From Octopus bimaculoides (lineage: Eukaryota): a stretch of DNA of 56,710 nucleotides. The notes under the pieces were generated by a model. That model was not told where the DNA came from. It did no database searches and was given only the letters and a program-made list of their open reading frames with translations. A program made the position numbers and the translations under genes. The stretch lies in assembly GCF_001194135.2 (NCBI RefSeq), contig NC_068992.1:15185096-15241805 (forward strand), in the 5' to 3' direction. This document shows, in pieces, positions 50,151-56,710 of the stretch. Every line of letters begins with the position of its first letter. The first letter of the stretch is position 1.

Positions 50151-50780
50151 TGCATAACAAAAATGTCGTTGAGTAGTGACTTCGAAGTTTCGGTCATCTA
50201 AGCCGTCGTGTTAGTGTTGCCTTTATGTAACCTCTGTTGAGCTAAAATTATCTTTGGGTGTGTAGGTTCAAGTGTGGTGGTAATTAGGTTTTTATGGTTG
50301 GTTGTCATGGAAAGGTATTCTGGAAAAAATTTCATTGATTAATTTGGGGTTATGTTATTGTTTAAATTCATTCATGCATGTAGAACTTTGTAAACGAGCC
50401 TATAAATGTTTCTCCCTTTTTTAGGTAGACACAAGGTGTAACAGCGTTTTTGTTGCTTTTGGTATTATTGGAGTTAATCCTTTTACTTTCACAATATAAG
50501 GGTCAAAAGTACACTCCCGTGTTTAAACCTTAGTGACTGGGTATGTCAACTTTTTTTCCCCCAAAAGATGTTAAGTTTTGGCTGGTCATTTCTTTACTTG
50601 TTGTAGTTGTTATTTAGGGTATTTCTTGTTTGAATTTGTAAGGTAGGTGGGGGTGGGTATTGGTCAGGCATGTCATGGCTTAGTTAACATAGAAAATTTT
50701 TTCTCTTGTACTTTGATGTTCACAAGAGAATTTGAATAAAGCTTGTATGTCTATGATTCCCTCTAGATGTTCATTGCTCT
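50150..50780 (-). mobile_element. Degenerate Penelope-like element 3' region
   Basis: Strand-skewed. Minus frames give KRCYTLCLPKK and NEIFSR, reminiscent of the GIY-YIG C-terminal KRC.LCL.EK / NE..SKCRH, and a hammerhead-like motif lies at the terminus. Confidence 0.45.
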
Positions 50781-50879
50781 ATAAGCAATTTGAATAGTAT
50801 AAAGAGATTTTAAACTTCTTGTTATTTTGCGGTAAAGATTCTGTTCTAGATATATAATGATTTAGGGCTGATATAGGTC

Positions 50880-50998
50880 TACTAGATTCCCTCATAAAGC
50901 ATTTGTCAGTTTGGGGATAAAGTAGAAGATACTTGCCTAAGGTATTGCGCCCAGGAACTGAATCTGTAGTCACATGGTTGTAAAGCGATCTTCTTAAA
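50880..50998 (-). mobile_element. SINE family A 5' fragment, degenerate
   Basis: agtagaagatacttgcctaaggtattgcgc...cacatggttg. Confidence 0.6.
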
Positions 50999-51699
50999 AC
51001 TTATTTAATGTGTGTATGTGCGTGTGTGTGTGTATAAAGAGAGAGAGCGAGAATCAAGTGTATTTCTTTCCGTCACTGGACACCAGACGAATAAATATTC
51101 TTTTCAGAAATAATATTTAACTATCACCGAACTAAAAAATATAGATAAAAAATAAAATAAAATAAATGAAAATATAAAATATTAAGACAAGCATTCTAGC
51201 TGTCCTACTTGGAAGAAAATATTTCAAATTTAAATGAAACACGTACAAAGTAAATGTCATCTATTGTTAGACCAAATTATAATTCTAAATCGCAATATTT
51301 GGAAATTTCGCTATACGTTTCTGGTATTGTTAAAAGAAAACTATTGCTGTTTTCCTTACCATCAACGTTATGAGAAATATCTTCGTTTTCCTTGTCGCTT
51401 TTTAATGTGTTTTTTGTGTCTAAATTTACAATTACATTTATTTTAATGTTTATCTGTTTTATTTGTTTATATTTGCTATGTTTATATTTGCTATTTTGTT
51501 TTCTGAAAATTTTTATCAAGATTTTTATGAGTGTATGTTCTGCCACCACATTTACGTATAAGCGACTCTTACTGCTATTCCAGAATAAGAGCAGACTTGA
51601 ATAACAACTAGTAAACTAGTAAGTAGCAATACTTAAAAAATTATATAAATTTTCTAATAAATAATCAAAAACAAATATTTTCTCCCTGTAATTTAGTAG

Positions 51700-52350
51700 A
51701 CGTCCACAAAAATATCTTTACGAAATCAAACTATAAATAAAATCATTTCACCAGATAAATGGTAGTAAAACCCGAACTGTGGGAGTTGGCGTTCAATCGA
51801 TTGCATTGGCACCGATATTTGACTGGCATCCTACGTTATTGACAAAACTTGAAATTATCAATGAGATCTAAAACCAGAACGTAAAGGACACTTTTTGAAA
51901 TGCCCCTAACGATTCTTCCGCCAATCCACAGCTTATCTCTAATCGTAATTCTTTCTACTATTGGGATACGCCTGAAATATTCGAAGAGAGGATTGATTGA
52001 TTACATCGACTCCTTTGCTCAACTGGTACTTATTTCATCGATCGCGAATGAATGAAAGGGAAAAATCGACCTCGGCGGAATTTGAACTCTGAACGTAAAC
52101 CAGGAGAAACGCCGCTTAGCGTTTTGTCCGACCGCCTAAGCATTCTACCTGTTCGCTTCCTGGTTTCCAGTTGTGGTGAAGACCAGCAAATTTTAGGGAA
52201 AGCAGTAAGTCGATTATATCGATCCCAGTACTTTACTAGTATTTTCTTTTTACCGACTTTGAGAAGATGAAAAGCCAAGATGGCCTCATAGGAATTTGAA
52301 CTCAGAACATAATGAGTCGGCTAAGCATCTTGTCCGATGCGCCAACGATT
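51700..52350 (-). mobile_element. Three tandem family E monomers of differing divergence
   Basis: Blocks at about 51700-51925, 51945-52150 and 52175-52350, each with atcgac/ggaatttgaactc/aacgatt motifs. Confidence 0.75.
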
Positions 52351-52417
52351 TTTAATTTTAACTTCAAATTTGAATCTAACGTCTAATTTATATTGTCTCT
52401 TTAATAAGCAGGTAAAG

Positions 52418-52792
52418 TCCTTTCTACTGGAAGCACAAGGCCTTAAATTTGGGGGAAGGGATTAAGTCGATCACATCGACCCTAGTGCATAACTGGCACT
52501 AATTTTATCGACCCCGAAAGGATGAAAGGTAAAGTCGACCTCGGCGGAATTTGAACTCAAAACGTAACGGCAGAGGAAATACGGCTAAACATTTCGTCCG
52601 GCGAGCTAACGATTCTTATTTCTTTATTGCCCACAAGGGGCTAAACATAGAGGAGACAAACAAGGACAGACAAAGGGATTAAGTCAATTACATCGACCCC
52701 AGTGCGTAACTGGTACTTAATTTATCGACCCCGAAATGATGAAAGGCAAAGTCGACCTCGGCCTACTAACGATTCTGCCGGCTCACCGCCTT
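52418..52792 (-). mobile_element. Dimeric SINE family E, second copy
   Basis: Linker ttatttctttattgcccacaaggggctaaacatagaggagacaaacaaggacagacaaag (52616-52675) is nearly identical to 46111-46170. The head monomer is internally deleted. Confidence 0.9.
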
Positions 52793-53745
52793 CATTTAGC
52801 AGATAATATCAGCACATATTTTAATTTCGTCTATCGTGGATTATTCAAAACTACGAGCCTTTTTATTAACCTGTTAACAACTATATCATATAGACTCCCC
52901 TAAATCGTTCGTTACCCAACAGAGCTATAACTCGTTAAAGTTGTGATATAGACAACAACGTTGCGGAGTGCTGCTGAAGGAAGATGGTTATCTCCTATCA
53001 GTGCTGATGTGAACCTTTGTTATAGAATCCGATATTGTGGGGTTATTGACAGATGACAACTAACACCAGTTAATTTTGCGTTACAGAAAACCACAACGTG
53101 AAATGTTGAAGAAAGCTATCTCCTTCTGGTGTTAAAATCTATGTTCTAGCATGCAACAGCATGTAGGTGTTAATAGAAGACAATTATCGCCGCTAGGAAT
53201 GTGGGTGGAGTGTGAAAGGAAAACAGTTATGGTCTATTTTGTTATAGAATATAGAATGCATAAGTGTGGTGTCTTAACAGGAGACAGCAATCTCGAAATA
53301 GTTTATACCTGAGCAATAAAATACAGCAATTTGATGTTGAAAGGAAGACGGTTATCTCCTCTTGATGCTAATTTAAATCCGTGTTGAACCTCATTCTTAG
53401 AGTAAGTGAGAATAAATCAATAACAACAGCGCATATGTGTATAGCTGTTTGTAGTATTTATGTAACGCATTAGAATTGACAAACTTAGATGCGGTAAGAT
53501 CAGTAAATAACAAATCACGTCTTCTTTTAAAGAAGAGCGTGCAGACTGTTAGTGGGGGAGGAGAAGAGGAAATTAACAACAGGCCGGGTGTCTGTGCAAA
53601 TGCTTACAAGACAACGGATTGCATAAAAACATTTAAGATTTTAAAACAGACCAGAACTTAAGTCTTCTACTCAAATGTCGGCGCTCTCGTTCGACCAGAA
53701 AGAACTACCGACATAAACACCGAACTAAGGATTCAACCTTTGAAC

Positions 53746-54001
53746 CAGCGGTTCTCAACCATTTTTTACCAATGAACCTTTTTGGTTCTTATTTTAATTG
53801 GGGAACTGCCATAGTCATTTGATGTTTTAAAAAATCTTACATTCTTGTAATTACTATTAGGAACTGTATAAAAAATATGTTAAAATATTTTCTGTATTTC
53901 AGAAGTATAACCGATTTATAGCACATCAAATTTTAACAAAATCTTACAATGGTTTCCCAAGGGCCATATGCCACCCCCGCCCCCAAGGCTCAGAACCACT
54001 A
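53746..54001. mobile_element. hAT (Charlie/MER5-like) MITE
   Basis: TIRs cagcggttctcaacc / ggctcagaaccacta with an 8-bp TSD ctttgaac vs ctctaaac (6/8). Confidence 0.75.
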
Positions 54002-54084
54002 CTCTAAACCGTTATCTGATTTGCTAGAAATAGTGACCACATCCTTCTCAAATTACGCTCTGCTGTTGGATAATGTAATCCCAA

Positions 54085-54290
54085 CGCCCTTAATACAACG
54101 GTGAATTGACAGAATCGTTAGAGTATCGGATAAAATGTCCCACTGTATTCGTTCCGATTCGCTGCGTCCTGAGATCAAATCTCACCAAAGCAAACGTTAC
54201 CTTTCAACCCTTCGGGTTCGATAAAATAAGTACTGTTCAGATAATCCAGAGTATAGTTTTAACAGAACTATTGGAATATCGACTTGCTGC
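54085..54290 (+). mobile_element. Degenerate family E monomer
   Basis: gtgaattgacagaatcgttag head and cctttcaacccttcgggttcgataaaataagtac. Confidence 0.7.
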
Positions 54291-54893
54291 CTCATGACAT
54301 TTTATCCTGTATTTTCGTTCTAAGTTCAAACCCCGTTATGATGTATTCGACCGGTTTAAGACTAATACTTAATCCTTGGACACTTCTGGCGGAATTTACT
54401 CTGTTGTAAGTACTCGAACGAAGTTTCCTTATTGAAGATAATCTCTTTCTTTTCCACACCATTCTCGGGGGACTTGTAATGGATCTTGGGCACAGATTAT
54501 CTTACTTAGTTCATCCTTACATTTGTTCAGCCCATTGCGGGACGAAAGCCTCAGTACGTTCTTGCCACCAACCGCAGTCTGATGTTTCCCTGTTCCATAT
54601 TTGGAGCAGGGTGAAGATTACATCGAGTACTAGGATCGATGTGATCGACTTCTTGTCATTCCAACATCTGCATGCAATTTCCCTCCTTTTCTTTTGTGGA
54701 TGTGCTGTCCACTCTGTCCACTCTGTCACTTTGTTATTCCATTTATTGACTTTGCTTCTAAACGTATGTTCCACAAAATAACATTTCACTTTCATTTTCC
54801 AGATAATATCCGGTAAACCAGTTGCGACTTTCAACGGGATAAGAACGACAACTATCTTAGGTAACGACAATAAACAGCACACTTCTACAGGTT

Positions 54894-55290
54894 CAGGCGT
54901 GGCTGTGTGGTAAGAAGCTTGCTTCCCAAGAGCATGGCTCTGGGTTCAAGTCCTACTGCGTGGCACCTTAGGCAAGAGTCTTTTACTATAGTCTCAGGAC
55001 AGCCAAAGCCTTGTGAGTGGATTTGGTGGACGGAAACTGAAAGAAGCCCATTATATATATATATATATATGTCTTTTTGTCTGTGTTTCTCTTCTACCAC
55101 CGCTTAACAACCGGTGTCGGTGTGCTTACGCTCCCGTAGATTAGCGGTTCGGCGAAAGCGACAGATAGAATACATATTAGGCATTAAAAAAAAATCAAGT
55201 ACCGCGGTCGATTCGTTCGACTGAAAATTCTTCAACGCGGTTCCCCAGAATGGCTGTTGTCTAATGAGTGAAAGAAGTAAAAGACAAAAG
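54894..55290 (+). mobile_element. tRNA-derived SINE family A, full length
   Basis: caggcgtggctgtgtggtaag head, gggttcaagtcc B box, ttagcggttcggc, gtaaaaga tail. Confidence 0.92.
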
Positions 55291-55849
55291 CTAGATGATA
55301 CGTTTTTATATGGTGGGGTGGGGGAAGCGACATAGTTACTGCTAGAACACTTCAGCTGTAAAATTCTTCTATCAAAGGAATCCTGCTTCATTAATGATTC
55401 CTGATCTTAATGCACAGTTTGGTGGATTGCATCAGCGAGTATGAAGTGATTCCAAGATGGACATACATATCAAAGACGGTGACCTCAAAGACATCTCCAG
55501 CAATCAAACATTCTATTAACTCATGGCTGTTAATAGATTTCGTATAACTTTTATCACGGAGACAATAAAACACTTTATAGGTATCTTGTGTCATTTAGCC
55601 AGCATCTATACAAGTAACTTAGCAGGTATATGTCATTTAATATATACACATATATACATACGAATACACACACACACATTTATATACATATATACGCACA
55701 TATATAATATATAAGTGCTTATATACGTATATATACATACACATATCTACATATATATGCGTGTATCTATGAAAATACATACACACATATATATGTGTGT
55801 TTGTGCTTATATATGTATATAAATATACATATATATGTATGTATGTATG

Positions 55850-55944
<95 letters not shown>

Positions 55945-56710
55945 CATACACATTGATACATGTGTTTGTGTGCGTGCATGTGTGTGCGTGACTGTATGCA
56001 GGTATGTATGTATGTATGTATGATTGTATATGCATATTGCATCCTCATCAAACGGAATCTATAGCCATTGTATCTTAAGTCACTCACCGGTCTTTATAGG
56101 CAACCATACAATGGATGAAATTTATCTCCTGAGATACCATATGTTAAATTTCAATATTTCGTTCTGAAGAAATATAGGACAAGCATTAAATATTCATTTC
56201 TTTGTTGTTCTATGAAATAAATATCTGCATATTATTATTACCTGAAACCTTTGGAGTCTATATAAGACATATTGTTCAAGTTATCTTCTATATAGTTTAT
56301 TTCTCGTTCTCCACACTCTCTTCGTATATCACATTATTTGTCTCCCCTCCTCTCTCTCTCTCTCTCTCTTTTACACACACATGCGTGCGCGCACACGCAA
56401 AGACGTATACCCACAAACCTGTATACACACTCCGCAGTTAGAAAGTAAAGCTGTTTATAAATGCATTTGAACAATCTTATCTCGAATAGCCTAAGATTAG
56501 AACCTTCCTTTATTTACCTATACGTGCACACACGCGCGCACACGCGCACACACACATATACACAATCATACATACATATACATGCGTATTCATACACACA
56601 TACCTATATATATATATATATATATATGCATATGCAGACGTGTGTGTGTGTCTGTTAATATATTCCAGAGTGCCTAAAGTAACATTATTTGAAGGATTAA
56701 TTTGACAGCC

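Overview
Repeat-rich, AT-rich eukaryotic draft-assembly DNA with many N gaps and dense (TA)n/(CA)n/(GA)n/(TTA)n/(GATA)n microsatellites. The SINE heads and repeat spectrum look like an octopus (coleoid cephalopod) genome; this is an inference from recalled repeat sequences. I find no convincing intact host gene, and nearly all ORF-track entries are microsatellite or N-gap artefacts. The window is a transposon graveyard: several tRNA-derived SINE families (about 30 copies or fragments), a CR1/L2-type LINE RT remnant, four R4/Dong-type LINE pieces stacked at (TAA)n tracts, an internally deleted Helitron, Tigger/pogo and mariner transposase remnants, several MITEs and Penelope-like remnants. The most notable signals are a hammerhead-ribozyme motif with an intact core (18053-18122, minus), a second degenerate one (50170-50215), tandem Dong insertions at TAA microsatellites, a (TTA)n-anchored repeat family of unknown class, and a SINE dimer with the same linker at two loci. 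I do not see evidence for a wholly new multi-gene system. Repeat boundaries were read by eye and are approximate unless a TIR or TSD is quoted.
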